A DNA stretch of 64,000 bases from Chloroflexota bacterium. Lineage in GTDB: Bacteria; Chloroflexota; UBA11872. Both the position numbers and the translations under genes were made by a program. The stretch spans positions 131,254 to 195,253 of the forward strand of contig JAJDUU010000014.1 in the NCBI GenBank assembly GCA_022826485.1, written 5' to 3'. The notes beneath the pieces were generated by a model that was not told the DNA's origin, ran no database searches, and worked only from the letters and a program-made list of their open reading frames with translations. Positions within the stretch are counted from its first letter, which is position 1, and every line of letters begins with the position of its first letter. Below, in pieces: positions 1 to 8,844 of the stretch.

Positions 1-645
1 CTGTGGGTAGGCGTCCTGACCCTGGTGCTCGAACCGCAGGAACCACGCCATGTGGTTGATGCCGGCGACCCAGTAGGTCACCTCGTCGGCGGGAATGTTG
101 CAGTACCCGGCCAGTTGCCGGGCGGTGCCCTGCACGCTGTGGCAGAGGCCGATGGTCGCGATGTCGGTGGCGGCGTTCATGGCCCAGCAGTTGATGGCCA
201 TGGGGTTGGCGTAGTTGAGCAGCAGCGCGTCGGGGCAGACCTCTTCCATCTCGTCGGCCAGCTCCAGCAGGAACGGGATGGTCCGGAGGCCGCGGAACAC
301 CCCGCCGGGACCCAGCGTGTCGCCGACGGTCTGGTCGATGCCGAAGCGGGCAGGCACCTGGATATCGACCTCGAAGGGCGCCACGCCGCCGATCATCACC
401 ATCACGATTACGTAGTCCGCGTCCTCGAGGGCCTCGCGCCTGGTGGCCGGGGCTTCGATGCGCATGCCGGCGCCGAGCTGCTCGACGGCCCGCTCGGCGT
501 GCGCCTGCGTGGTGGCGAGCCGTTGCTGATCGACGTCGACGAGCGTGATGGTCGAGTCGGCAAGCTCGGGATAGGTCAGCATGTCGCCGATGAGCCGCGT
601 GGCGAAAACCGTGCTGCCGGCGCCGATCATGGCCACTCTGGGCAT
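1..645 (-). CDS. Glycoside hydrolase family 4 (NAD/Mn-dependent alpha-glucosidase or 6-phospho-glucosidase-like), N-terminal part. The gene continues past the window start.
   Basis: The reverse-strand translation begins MPRVAMIGAGSTVFATRLIGDM, a Rossmann-type IGAGS motif, and contains ...ATIGLCHSVQG, matching the conserved GH4 Cys-His region. It is not in the ORF table because it runs off the window edge. Confidence 0.65.
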   Translation of the reverse strand, partial: MPRVAMIGAGSTVFATRLIGDMLTYPELADSTITLVDVDQQRLATTQAHAERAVEQLGAGMRIEAPATRREALEDADYVIVMVMIGGVAPFEVDIQVPARFGIDQTVGDTLGPGGVFRGLRTIPFLLELADEMEEVCPDALLLNYANPMAINCWAMNAATDIATIGLCHSVQGTARQLAGYCNIPADEVTYWVAGINHMAWFLRFEHQGQDAYPQ

Positions 646-853
646 GTTGCGACCTTCCTCGCGCGAGCGGGGGGCTCGACGCGTGCACTGCCGTCGCCGC
701 AGAAGCTACCACGTCGTATCCGGCGGGTCCTTCGCGCGAGGCGAATTCCTGGAACTGCGGTCGCCATGCGCGCCTCGGCTCCGGTCCGGCCCCGGGTGGG
801 GTAGCGTTAGGACGCTGCGTCGGCGTGCGCCGGCGCGTTGCGGGGAGATATAG

Positions 854-1261
854 ATGCCCAAGGTCGTGATACGAGAGAGCGACGCGCAAGTGTTCGATCG
901 CGGATCGGGAGTCCGCAGCGTTCCGCTGATGAACGGCGATCGCGGCTCACAGAACGTCTCGTCCGGCATGACCATCATGGAGCCCGGTGCGGGCCTGCCC
1001 ATGCACTTTCACGACACCGAGGAGTGCATCACCTGCGTCGAAGGCGAAGCGATGTGCTCGGTCGACGGCGAGGTGCTGCAACTGCGGCCCTTCGACCACA
1101 TCTGGATCGCCGAGGGCTCGCACCACCGGTTCTGGAACGAGGGCACGGAGGCGATGCGCATCGTCTGGACCTACGGCAAGCCGGAGGTCATGCGGACGTT
1201 CGCAGACTCCGGCAAGACCGTGCGTCACATGTCCAAAGGCGATGTCGCGCGACCGACGTGA
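854..1261 (+). CDS. Cupin domain protein
   Basis: The 135-aa ORF carries two-His cupin motifs (GAGLPMHFHDTEE ... GSHHRFWNEG). Its stop overlaps the folP start (GTGA). Confidence 0.7.
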   Translation: MPKVVIRESDAQVFDRGSGVRSVPLMNGDRGSQNVSSGMTIMEPGAGLPMHFHDTEECITCVEGEAMCSVDGEVLQLRPFDHIWIAEGSHHRFWNEGTEAMRIVWTYGKPEVMRTFADSGKTVRHMSKGDVARPT

Positions 1262-2190
1262 ATGACCCGGCCGTAGACCGCGGCGAGCTGCGGCTCGGCT
1301 CGCGCGTCTTCGCCTGGGGCGCGCGCACGTTCGTGATGGGCGTGCTCAACGTGACGCCGGACTCGTTCAGCGGGGACGGCGTCGCCAACGATGCCGACGC
1401 GCTGCATGCCCGCATCGACTCGCTGCTCGATGCGGCGCCCGACATCATCGACGTGGGCGGTGAGTCCACGCGGCCCGGCGCGGCGGCGGTTTCCGCGGAA
1501 CTGGAGATCGACCGCGTTGGTCCGGCGCTGGAGGCCCTGCGAGGGCGCGCGCCCGAAACGCCACTCTCGATCGACACACGCAAGGCCGCCGTGGCGCGCG
1601 CCGCGCTCGACCTGGGCGCGGTGATGGTGAACGACGTGACCGGCGGCACGCACGATCCCGAGATCCTCGATGTCGCCGCGAGAGCGGGGGCGGCCTTCGT
1701 CGTTACACACAACCGACGGGGCAACGTGCGGCGATCCGAGATCGGCCCGCACGTCGCAGCCGTCGCCTACGACGACCTGGTGCGCGACGTGTTCGGGGAC
1801 GGCGGGCGGCTGCTCGACCGGGCGCAGGCCGCCGGCATTGCCCGCGATCGCCTGCTCTTCGATCCGGGATTCGGCTTCGGCAAGTCGCCGGAGCAAAACG
1901 TTGACCTACTGCGGGAAATGTCGTCGTTGACTGCGCTCGGGGCGCCGCTAATGGTCGGCGTGTCGCGCAAGTCGTTTGTCGGCTACGTGCTCGGATTGCC
2001 GGCCGCTCAGCGGCTGGAGGGCTCGCTGGCGGCCGCGGTAATTGCCGTGGCCAACGGCGCGGATATGGTCCGGGTTCACGACGTGGAGGCCACGAGGCGA
2101 GCGCTGGCGATGGCCGACGCGATCTATCGCCCGGGTGCTTCGCCGGCCGGCGGGCGACGCGACGATGGATTCCAGCCTCCGCGGGAATGA
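1258..2190 (+). CDS. folP: Dihydropteroate synthase
   Basis: The translation contains VMGVLNVTPDSFSGDG, DIIDVGGESTRPGA, GVSRKSF and MVRVHDV, which are classic pterin-binding DHPS motifs. A GTG at 1258 overlaps the cupin stop, and the long table ORF 838..2190 is an upstream extension of this frame. Confidence 0.85.
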   Translation: MNDPAVDRGELRLGSRVFAWGARTFVMGVLNVTPDSFSGDGVANDADALHARIDSLLDAAPDIIDVGGESTRPGAAAVSAELEIDRVGPALEALRGRAPETPLSIDTRKAAVARAALDLGAVMVNDVTGGTHDPEILDVAARAGAAFVVTHNRRGNVRRSEIGPHVAAVAYDDLVRDVFGDGGRLLDRAQAAGIARDRLLFDPGFGFGKSPEQNVDLLREMSSLTALGAPLMVGVSRKSFVGYVLGLPAAQRLEGSLAAAVIAVANGADMVRVHDVEATRRALAMADAIYRPGASPAGGRRDDGFQPPRE

Positions 2191-2196
2191 CGAATC
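2167..2196. repeat. Isolated copy of a REP-like palindromic unit (ggattccagcctccgcgggaatgacgaatc), the reverse complement of the cgtcattcccgcggaggcgggaatc unit seen at 63.5 kb
   Basis: It is a near-perfect inverted repeat with the same core as the units at 57001-57030 and 63496-63520. It overlaps the folP 3' end and intergenic region and generates a spurious ...RGNDE... reading frame. Confidence 0.5.
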
Positions 2197-2281
2197 TGTA
2201 GAAACTGGCCTTCGAAGTTCTGCCCGCGTTGCCAGGCTTACGCGGCGTTCGTATGCTCAACCACTCCTTCGCGCACGCCTC

Positions 2282-3214
2282 ATGTCAGGGTGCCGCGCCC
2301 ACGTCGTGAATCGAGGTTCCGTGCGCACGGTGCTCCGCGGCCGCGACGGCCTGGAAGTGGTGATCAGCCCGGATGAGGCCTTCGTGCCCATCGGCGAGCG
2401 ACTCAACCCCACCAACAAGCCTCGGCTCCAGCGGGCCTACGACGAAGGCAACTGGGAATACGTCCAGCGTGACGCCACGCGGCAGGTCGCGGCGGGCGCC
2501 GCGGTCATCGACGTCAACACGGGTGATCCGCACCACGAGATCGAGAAGCGCAAGATGCGCGACGCCGTGCGCGCGGTGCAGGACGTGGTGGACGTGCCGG
2601 TGTCGATCGACTCTTACACGATCGACGTGCTGCTGGCGGGGCTCGAGGTCGCGCGGGGACGCCCGCTGGTGAACTCCGTCCCATTCGAGGCCGACTACAT
2701 GCAGGACTTGCTCCCGGCAATCGCCGAGCACGACGCCTGCATGATCGGCATGTGCACCAAGGGCGGCGCCGCGATGCCGGAGACGGCGGAGGAACGGGTC
2801 GAGAACGCGCGCGCGCTGGTGGCCAGCGCAGCGGAGCACGGCATTTCCGCCGACCGGATTGTGATCGACCCGGTGTGCCTGCCTGTGGGAGCAAACGACG
2901 TCTTTGGGCCAGGGCTGCTGGGCGCGATTCGCACGCTGCACCGAGAGGACGACCTGAACATGTCCATCGGACTCAGCAACGTGTCATTCGGGTTGCCGGC
3001 CCGACGCTCCCTCAACGCGGCGACCCTGCTCATGGCCATGGAAGCCGGCCTGACGGCGGCGATCCTGGATATGACCCACAAGGAAATCAGGCACGCGGTG
3101 CTTGCCGCCAACCTGATCCGCGGCCGCGATGATTTCTCCATGAACTGGATCTCCAACTACCGCGCGGAGCAGGCACGGGAAGAGGCGCGCAAGGCCAGGC
3201 GCGCCGGGGGCTGA
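2282..3214 (+). CDS. Pterin-binding domain methyltransferase (methyltetrahydrofolate:corrinoid methyltransferase, MtrH/MetH pterin-domain-like)
   Basis: It carries IGERLNPTNKP, the MetH/AcsE-type IGERxNxTG pterin signature, and a DHPS-like TIM barrel with VIDVNTG, SIDSY and LVNSV motifs. The ATG at 2282 is tentative. Confidence 0.65.
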   Translation: MSGCRAHVVNRGSVRTVLRGRDGLEVVISPDEAFVPIGERLNPTNKPRLQRAYDEGNWEYVQRDATRQVAAGAAVIDVNTGDPHHEIEKRKMRDAVRAVQDVVDVPVSIDSYTIDVLLAGLEVARGRPLVNSVPFEADYMQDLLPAIAEHDACMIGMCTKGGAAMPETAEERVENARALVASAAEHGISADRIVIDPVCLPVGANDVFGPGLLGAIRTLHREDDLNMSIGLSNVSFGLPARRSLNAATLLMAMEAGLTAAILDMTHKEIRHAVLAANLIRGRDDFSMNWISNYRAEQAREEARKARRAGG

Positions 3215-3215
3215 A

Positions 3216-4628
3216 CTAGCCGGCGGACCGCTGCGCCGCCTCCGTGACCGCGTCCGCCAGGCGGGCAAAGCCCATGCCGTTGCTGGCCTTCAGCAGCACG
3301 GCGTCGCCGGCCGCAAGCTCCCCGTGAAGCCACGCCGCCGCGGCGTCCACGGCCGCGGCGATTGACGCGGAAGACTCGGTGTCCGCGGGGATCACGTCAA
3401 CCGCTTCCAGACCCGCCGCACGGGCGCCCGAGGCGATATGGGCGGCGAGCGCGCCGACGCAGAGCAGCCGATCGATGCCGGCGGCATCCCGTCCCACCTG
3501 CTCATGAGCCGCCGGGCCATAGGCGCCCAGCTCGAACATGTCGCCCAGCACTGCAATGCGGCGCCCCGGGACGGATACGGCTCGCAGCGTGTCCAGGGCC
3601 ACCGCCATCGACGCGGCATTGGCGTTGTAAGTGTCGTCCAGCAACAGGCCGCCACCGGGTAGCGCTTCGAGCCGCATGCGGTGCGGCGCGGGCTGAAAGG
3701 CGCGCAGACCGTGGCAAGCCGTGGCGGGGTTCACGCCCAGCGCCCGAGCGGCCGCGAATGCGGCGCCGAAGGCCAAATCAACTGCGCCCGCCGTACCCGG
3801 GACGTCTACGCTGTCGCTAAAGCTGTCGGCCTCGATGTGAACGCGCGTCCCCGGCGGATCGGCCAGCAGTTCGCTGACTACTTGCACGTCCGCCGCGTCC
3901 GAGCGGCCAAACGACACCACCGGCCCTGGCGCGCGACGCCGCAACGCCTCGGACCAAGGGTCGTCGGCGTTCACGATGGCCGGTCCATGCTCCGGCAGGG
4001 CTTCGAAGAGCTCGCCCTTGGCCGTGGCGATGGCCTCCATCGAGCCGAACAGCCCCAGGTGCGCCCCGGCAATAGAGGTGATGACGCCGGCGTCCGGCTT
4101 GGCATAGCTGCAGTAGTGGGCAATTTCCCCGACGACCTGCGCGCCGATCTCGACAACCGCGTAGCGGTGCGCGGGCGTCAACCGCGACAGGGTGGCCGGC
4201 ACGCCCACCTCGGCATTCTCGCTGCGCTCGGTGGCGAGCGTGGGGCCTGCGGCGCTCAGGGCCGCCGCCAGGGCTTCCTTCGTGGTGGTCTTGCCGTTGC
4301 TGCCCGTGACGCCGACGAAGGTCGCCGACGAGAGCGCGCGCAGCGCACCCGCCAGCCGCTCGAACGCGGCCTGCGGCTCGGCGGCAACTACCTGCCGGCT
4401 CATTGGCTGATCCGGATCGGGCCGGGCGCACAGCACTGCCGCGGCGCCGCGGGCAAAGGCGTCGCCGATGAATTCGTGGCCGTCAACTCGGGCGCCGGGC
4501 AGCGCCACGAAGAGCATGCCGGGCTGAATGCGGCGGCTGTCGAAGTGCGCCGCGGTCATGGCGAGGTCGTCAGCGCCGTGTGGGACCGGCCGCTTGGCGG
4601 CCAGGGCGACGTCCGCCAGGGTGAACAT
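3216..4628 (-). CDS. murF: UDP-N-acetylmuramoyl-tripeptide--D-alanyl-D-alanine ligase
   Basis: The 470-aa ORF has the GVTGSNGKTTTKE P-loop and Mur ligase middle and C-terminal domains, ending in DAVLLKASNGMG. Confidence 0.9.
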   Translation of the reverse strand: MFTLADVALAAKRPVPHGADDLAMTAAHFDSRRIQPGMLFVALPGARVDGHEFIGDAFARGAAAVLCARPDPDQPMSRQVVAAEPQAAFERLAGALRALSSATFVGVTGSNGKTTTKEALAAALSAAGPTLATERSENAEVGVPATLSRLTPAHRYAVVEIGAQVVGEIAHYCSYAKPDAGVITSIAGAHLGLFGSMEAIATAKGELFEALPEHGPAIVNADDPWSEALRRRAPGPVVSFGRSDAADVQVVSELLADPPGTRVHIEADSFSDSVDVPGTAGAVDLAFGAAFAAARALGVNPATACHGLRAFQPAPHRMRLEALPGGGLLLDDTYNANAASMAVALDTLRAVSVPGRRIAVLGDMFELGAYGPAAHEQVGRDAAGIDRLLCVGALAAHIASGARAAGLEAVDVIPADTESSASIAAAVDAAAAWLHGELAAGDAVLLKASNGMGFARLADAVTEAAQRSAG

Positions 4629-5704
4629 CAGGCGTCGAGCCCGGGCGCCGCGTCACGAATGCGCCGTCTAGCGCCGGCGTCCAGGTCGAGACGCTCCACG
4701 GCGTCGTCGAAGACACGGAGATACCACCGCCGCCGCGCTGCGTACGTCGACGCACGATCTCTTGCCGACGTTGCGTGCTGGCGACCTTGCCGCACCGCGG
4801 CAGTGGCGGCATAGGTCAAGCTGCGCTCCGCCGCGGCGGCCCAGAATTCGTGGGCTAATTCAGCGACGCCTCCGACACTTGCGATCCGCGAGGCCTGGTC
4901 GCCGATAGCGTTCGCCGTGAGCCCGAACCCCGGAAACGTCAGGAGGTCCGCCGCGTCCAGCGCCGGCGCTGCTACCGCCAGCGTCTCCCAATCGATGACC
5001 GCCAGCCGTCCACCGGGACGCGGCATCAGGTTGAGCGGTGAGTATCCGTTGTGGACCACTTGCCGCGGCGCGCGGATGAGCGACCTGACGATGCCGGCCT
5101 CGAGGTCCCGCCAGGGGAGATCGGGCGCCAACGTTCGGGGTGCGGCGTCCGGCTCCGGGGCGGTCGATGGATTGCCGAGTCGGGCTGCGGCGATGGCAAG
5201 GCGTCGCCGCAGCGTGTCGCGCGTGATCCGGTCCAGATCGCTCTGGTACGCCAGCGCCCGGAGCATGCCCTGGTGGCGCGAGGCGACGTCGCGAAACGCC
5301 GCCAGCGTCTCAATTGCATGCTCCAACAGGCCGGTGCGCTCGCCGGCGTCGGCGGTGTCCAGTCGCTCGGCCAACGACTCGGCGCCCAGATCCTCCATGG
5401 CCACGGCGGCAAAGGCGTCGGGGGCCAGCAGAGCCCCGTGCGGGCGGGGAACCAATCCGGGCGCCTGGCGGCTGAGCAGGTCCAACGCCCGCTCCTCGCG
5501 CCGCCAGCGGTGGTGGTAGTAGCGGTCGACATCCGGTCGGTACACCTTGACGATCAGCGATGCAGGTCCAGAGCGAAGGCGCCAGATTTCGTGCCGTGCG
5601 TCGGCGGCAACGGAGTGCCAGGACCACGGGCCGCCCTCGCCGCTCGCCGCCAGGATCGCGCTCAGTCCGGTGCGCAGGTCGTCGTTCACGACCAGTGCGC
5701 TCAC
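4628..5704 (-). CDS. Aminoglycoside phosphotransferase (APH)/choline-kinase family kinase, possibly an AmgK-like anomeric MurNAc/GlcNAc kinase
   Basis: The C-terminal about 358 aa of table ORF 4628..6829 show an APH fold (VHNGYSPLNLM..., VIDWETLAVAAPALDAADLL). A GTG start overlaps the mraY stop, and its stop overlaps the murF ATG. Confidence 0.6.
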   Translation of the reverse strand: MSALVVNDDLRTGLSAILAASGEGGPWSWHSVAADARHEIWRLRSGPASLIVKVYRPDVDRYYHHRWRREERALDLLSRQAPGLVPRPHGALLAPDAFAAVAMEDLGAESLAERLDTADAGERTGLLEHAIETLAAFRDVASRHQGMLRALAYQSDLDRITRDTLRRRLAIAAARLGNPSTAPEPDAAPRTLAPDLPWRDLEAGIVRSLIRAPRQVVHNGYSPLNLMPRPGGRLAVIDWETLAVAAPALDAADLLTFPGFGLTANAIGDQASRIASVGGVAELAHEFWAAAAERSLTYAATAAVRQGRQHATSARDRASTYAARRRWYLRVFDDAVERLDLDAGARRRIRDAAPGLDA

Positions 5705-7032
5705 GTGGACGGTCGTTTCGGATCGGCGAGAATCGCGTCGAGGGTTGCGTTCAGCACGTGGGCGTTCATCGGCCGGTTGAGAAGACCGCGTTCCGAGGCC
5801 GCCTTGACCACATCCGCGTCGCCCACCACGCGTCGCCGTCGGGCCAGGAGCTGACCAAGCAGCGTGATTGGCCGGCCGTGAAACAGCAGCAAGAAGTCGC
5901 CGTCGGCGGCGACGAATGCCGGACGGGTCCAGGTGGCGGCGGCCCAGAACCCCGCGCTCACCGCCGCGGCGAGCGTAATCGCCAGCGCCGCCCACGCCGT
6001 TTCCGATAGCGCGGATGCGACGGCACAGAGGCTGGCAGTCACCGCCGTCGCCGCCCAGAATCCCAGCACGATCTTCTGCCGATTCAGGCCGACGATCTCC
6101 CAGTGGTAATGCAGCGGCGACGCCAGCAGGGGCAGCGGGAAACGCTGATGCGGAACCGGCGAGCCGTCCGGCAGTCGGGGATCGCGCCAGCGTCGGTAGA
6201 GCGGAACCAGAATCTTGGCTTGCAGCAGCGACGAAAGCCCCTCGAGCAGCAGGGGCGCGGCGATCACCGGCCACAGCAAATCGACGCCCGCCACGATTGC
6301 CGCGGCGGCTGAGGCCGCACCCAGCGTCAGGGCACCGCTGTCCCCGATATAGATGCTCGCCCGTCGCCGGGCGCCGCGATTCGCCGGCGACCACTCCGAG
6401 GGCAGATTCCAGACCAGGAGACCAGCGCCGATGGCCGCGATGCCGAGCGGCCAGCCGGCCTGGCCGACGCTGGCGGCAAGCCCGGCCGCCAGCGCGGCGC
6501 CCGCCGTCGCGAAGGCTACGGTGCCGGGTGTGAGGCCGTCCATGCCGTCGCTGAAGCTGGTCGCCAGCGTGGTTCCAAGGATGAGCGCGAGATACCAAAT
6601 GCTCAGCGGCACGTGCGCTCCCGATCCCAGCCAGTGCGCCATTGCGTAGGGCGATGCCGCGCCGGATTCGTGGGCGCCGGGGCCTACCACGAGCGCCGTT
6701 GCGCCGATGCTGAGAATGAGGGCGATGACCAGGTAGGCGCCCTCCGGAACGCCGCGACCGGTGCGCGTCTTGCGCAGGTCGTCCGCCAGCCCGAAGAGAA
6801 AGAACCCGGCCGCGCCGGCCAGCACCCACCAGGCGCTCGACGCGGTAGGGCCGGCCGACAACAGCGCCGCGGCGACGACCGCGGCGACCGCGGCCGCAAG
6901 TCCTCCCACGAGCGGCAGCTTGCCGGACACGCCGAGCGGCGCGGCGATCTGGTGCGCTCCCCGCTTGACCTCAGCCGACCGGAAGTGCGGCAGCAGGCGC
7001 CTGAGCGCGGCAGAGCCGCCCGCGGTGATCAC
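5701..7032 (-). CDS. mraY: Phospho-N-acetylmuramoyl-pentapeptide transferase with a C-terminal extension
   Basis: It has the DD motif (GLADDLRKT), DGMDGL, and the His-rich loop PLHYHWEIVGL...VLGFW, which corresponds to MraY HHHFE...RFW. About 110 extra residues follow at the C-terminus. Confidence 0.75.
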   Translation of the reverse strand: MITAGGSAALRRLLPHFRSAEVKRGAHQIAAPLGVSGKLPLVGGLAAAVAAVVAAALLSAGPTASSAWWVLAGAAGFFLFGLADDLRKTRTGRGVPEGAYLVIALILSIGATALVVGPGAHESGAASPYAMAHWLGSGAHVPLSIWYLALILGTTLATSFSDGMDGLTPGTVAFATAGAALAAGLAASVGQAGWPLGIAAIGAGLLVWNLPSEWSPANRGARRRASIYIGDSGALTLGAASAAAAIVAGVDLLWPVIAAPLLLEGLSSLLQAKILVPLYRRWRDPRLPDGSPVPHQRFPLPLLASPLHYHWEIVGLNRQKIVLGFWAATAVTASLCAVASALSETAWAALAITLAAAVSAGFWAAATWTRPAFVAADGDFLLLFHGRPITLLGQLLARRRRVVGDADVVKAASERGLLNRPMNAHVLNATLDAILADPKRPST

Positions 7033-7120
7033 GAAGGCGCAACCGGCCGCCAGGCCGATCGCCAGCCCAGGCTCTATGCGACCCTCCGACGTGTGGCGGG
7101 CGTCAGGGTTACGGTAGCAA

Positions 7121-8323
7121 TCAGCCGTGCCGCAGTCCCGCGCCGACGGACGCGTACACGTCGAGGATTTTGCCTATCTGTCGTCGCCACGAGAACTTGT
7201 GCTCCGCACGCGCTCGCAGGCGCTCACCGTATGCCCGGCGCGCGTCGGCGTCTCTCACCAGTCGCAGGATCTCACCGGCGAGCGCCGGCACCGACCCGCG
7301 CTCGGCCAGCCTGGCCTCGGGACCCAGAAATTCGGCCGCCACTCCACCCGCGTAGGCCACGGTCGGCAAGCCGGCGGCCATGTAGTTCAGCACCTTGCCG
7401 TTGCCTTCCGTTTTCGACCGCTTGGGCGCCACCGCCAGGTCGCAGAGCCTCAGGTGCGTAGGGGCTTGGGTGTAGGGAACTCGTCCCGTGAACGTCACGT
7501 AGTCGGCGAGGCCCGCCTGTCCCGCGGCGCGCTCGTATTCGGCGGCGTTGGGATAGCCCATGATCAAGAAATGCGTCCCCGGCTCGGCGTCAACCACCTC
7601 ACGCGCGGCGCGAATGAGGTCGCCGGTGCCCTGGTATTCCGCGAGCAGCCCCAGATAGCCGACGACCAGCCGGTTGGGCGGAATGCCAAGTTGCCGCCGC
7701 AGCGCCGCCAGCTCCGAGCCATCTTCGGCTGCGCGCGGTCGAAACCGCGACACGTCCACGCCGTCCGGAACGCTGACGATCCGTTCCGGCGGCCATGATT
7801 TGCGGGCGGCAAGCTGGCGCCTGGCGAATGCCGAGCTCGTAACGATGCAGTCGGCGGCGGACTCGGTGACGCGCTCGATGACGCCGAAGAACGGGACTCC
7901 GGGTCCGTCCGGCGAGAGGAATCGATGGTCGACCATCTCACTGGTCAGGCTTCCCTGGTAGTCGAGGACGAGCGGCACCCGCCGGGCGCGCGCGAGCGGC
8001 CATCCAATCGCGGCGCCCTCGTGCAGGTGGCCGTGCACCACGTCGATGGGTTCGCGCAGGCCGCGAGTCAGGACCAGTCCGGCCAGCAGCGGGTCGAGCA
8101 GCAGCTTGAGCCGGTGCGAGCCGATGTACGCGCTCGACTGGTGCCGAATCGCCGGCAGGCGCACCACGCGCAGTCCGTCCGGCGTGGCCCCGGTCGGATA
8201 GGTAAAAATTGTGACCGCGTGGCCCAATGCCTGCAGGGCACGGGCCTCCTCCAGGATCCGCACGTGACACCCGTAGTCCGCGAAGAACCCGGTCGGCGCG
8301 ATCATCGCGATGTGCAGGCTCAT
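7121..8323 (-). CDS. Glycosyltransferase, GT-B fold (GT4 family)
   Basis: The 400-aa product has an N-terminal GT4_N region (MIAPTGFFADYGCHVRILEEARAL) and an E-x7-E region near the C-terminus. Its start is divergent from tsaE. Confidence 0.75.
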   Translation of the reverse strand: MSLHIAMIAPTGFFADYGCHVRILEEARALQALGHAVTIFTYPTGATPDGLRVVRLPAIRHQSSAYIGSHRLKLLLDPLLAGLVLTRGLREPIDVVHGHLHEGAAIGWPLARARRVPLVLDYQGSLTSEMVDHRFLSPDGPGVPFFGVIERVTESAADCIVTSSAFARRQLAARKSWPPERIVSVPDGVDVSRFRPRAAEDGSELAALRRQLGIPPNRLVVGYLGLLAEYQGTGDLIRAAREVVDAEPGTHFLIMGYPNAAEYERAAGQAGLADYVTFTGRVPYTQAPTHLRLCDLAVAPKRSKTEGNGKVLNYMAAGLPTVAYAGGVAAEFLGPEARLAERGSVPALAGEILRLVRDADARRAYGERLRARAEHKFSWRRQIGKILDVYASVGAGLRHG

Positions 8324-8337
8324 CGCCCCCGCCTTGC

Positions 8338-8844
8338 GTGGAGCGTGACTTGACCTCCCCAACGGCCGCCCACATCCGCATCGTGTCCGACGGGCCTGAC
8401 GCTACGCGGGCCGTCGGCGCCGGCATTGGTCGGGCCGCACGGCCGGGAGACCTGGTCGCGCTCCAGGGGGAACTGGGCGCGGGCAAGACCGTCGTCGCCC
8501 AGGGCGTCGCGCAAGGGCTTGGGGTTGTCGAGGGCGTCACGTCGCCGACCTATGTACTCGTGGCGGTCTACGGGTCGGGCCGGGTGCGACTGCAACATGT
8601 TGATCTCTACCGCCTGGCGGGAGCGCTCGACGTGGATTCGATCGACTGGGAGGACCTGCTCGACGAGCCGGCGGTCACGGTCGTGGAGTGGCCCGAACGC
8701 GCGGGCGAGCGAATGCCGGATGACCGGTTGCTCGTATCGATCCGGGCGGGGTCGACCACCCGGCGTACGCTGACGATTTCAGCCGGCGGACCTCGCAGTC
8801 GAGAACTCCTCGCAGCCGTGGGGGCGGGGATGGCGGCGCGATGA
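8338..8844 (+). CDS. tsaE: tRNA threonylcarbamoyladenosine biosynthesis ATPase TsaE
   Basis: It carries GDLVALQGELGAGKTVVAQG (Walker A) and ...TSPTYVLV. The GTG start is tentative, and its stop overlaps the tsaB ATG. Confidence 0.8.
   Translation: MERDLTSPTAAHIRIVSDGPDATRAVGAGIGRAARPGDLVALQGELGAGKTVVAQGVAQGLGVVEGVTSPTYVLVAVYGSGRVRLQHVDLYRLAGALDVDSIDWEDLLDEPAVTVVEWPERAGERMPDDRLLVSIRAGSTTRRTLTISAGGPRSRELLAAVGAGMAAR

Noticed and set aside
4628-6829. 733-aa table ORF on the minus strand spanning mraY and the kinase
   Set aside because: The N-terminal 370 residues are Arg/Gly/Pro-rich alternative-frame noise typical of high-GC DNA, and they overlap the authentic mraY frame. Only the C-terminal APH-like segment is real.
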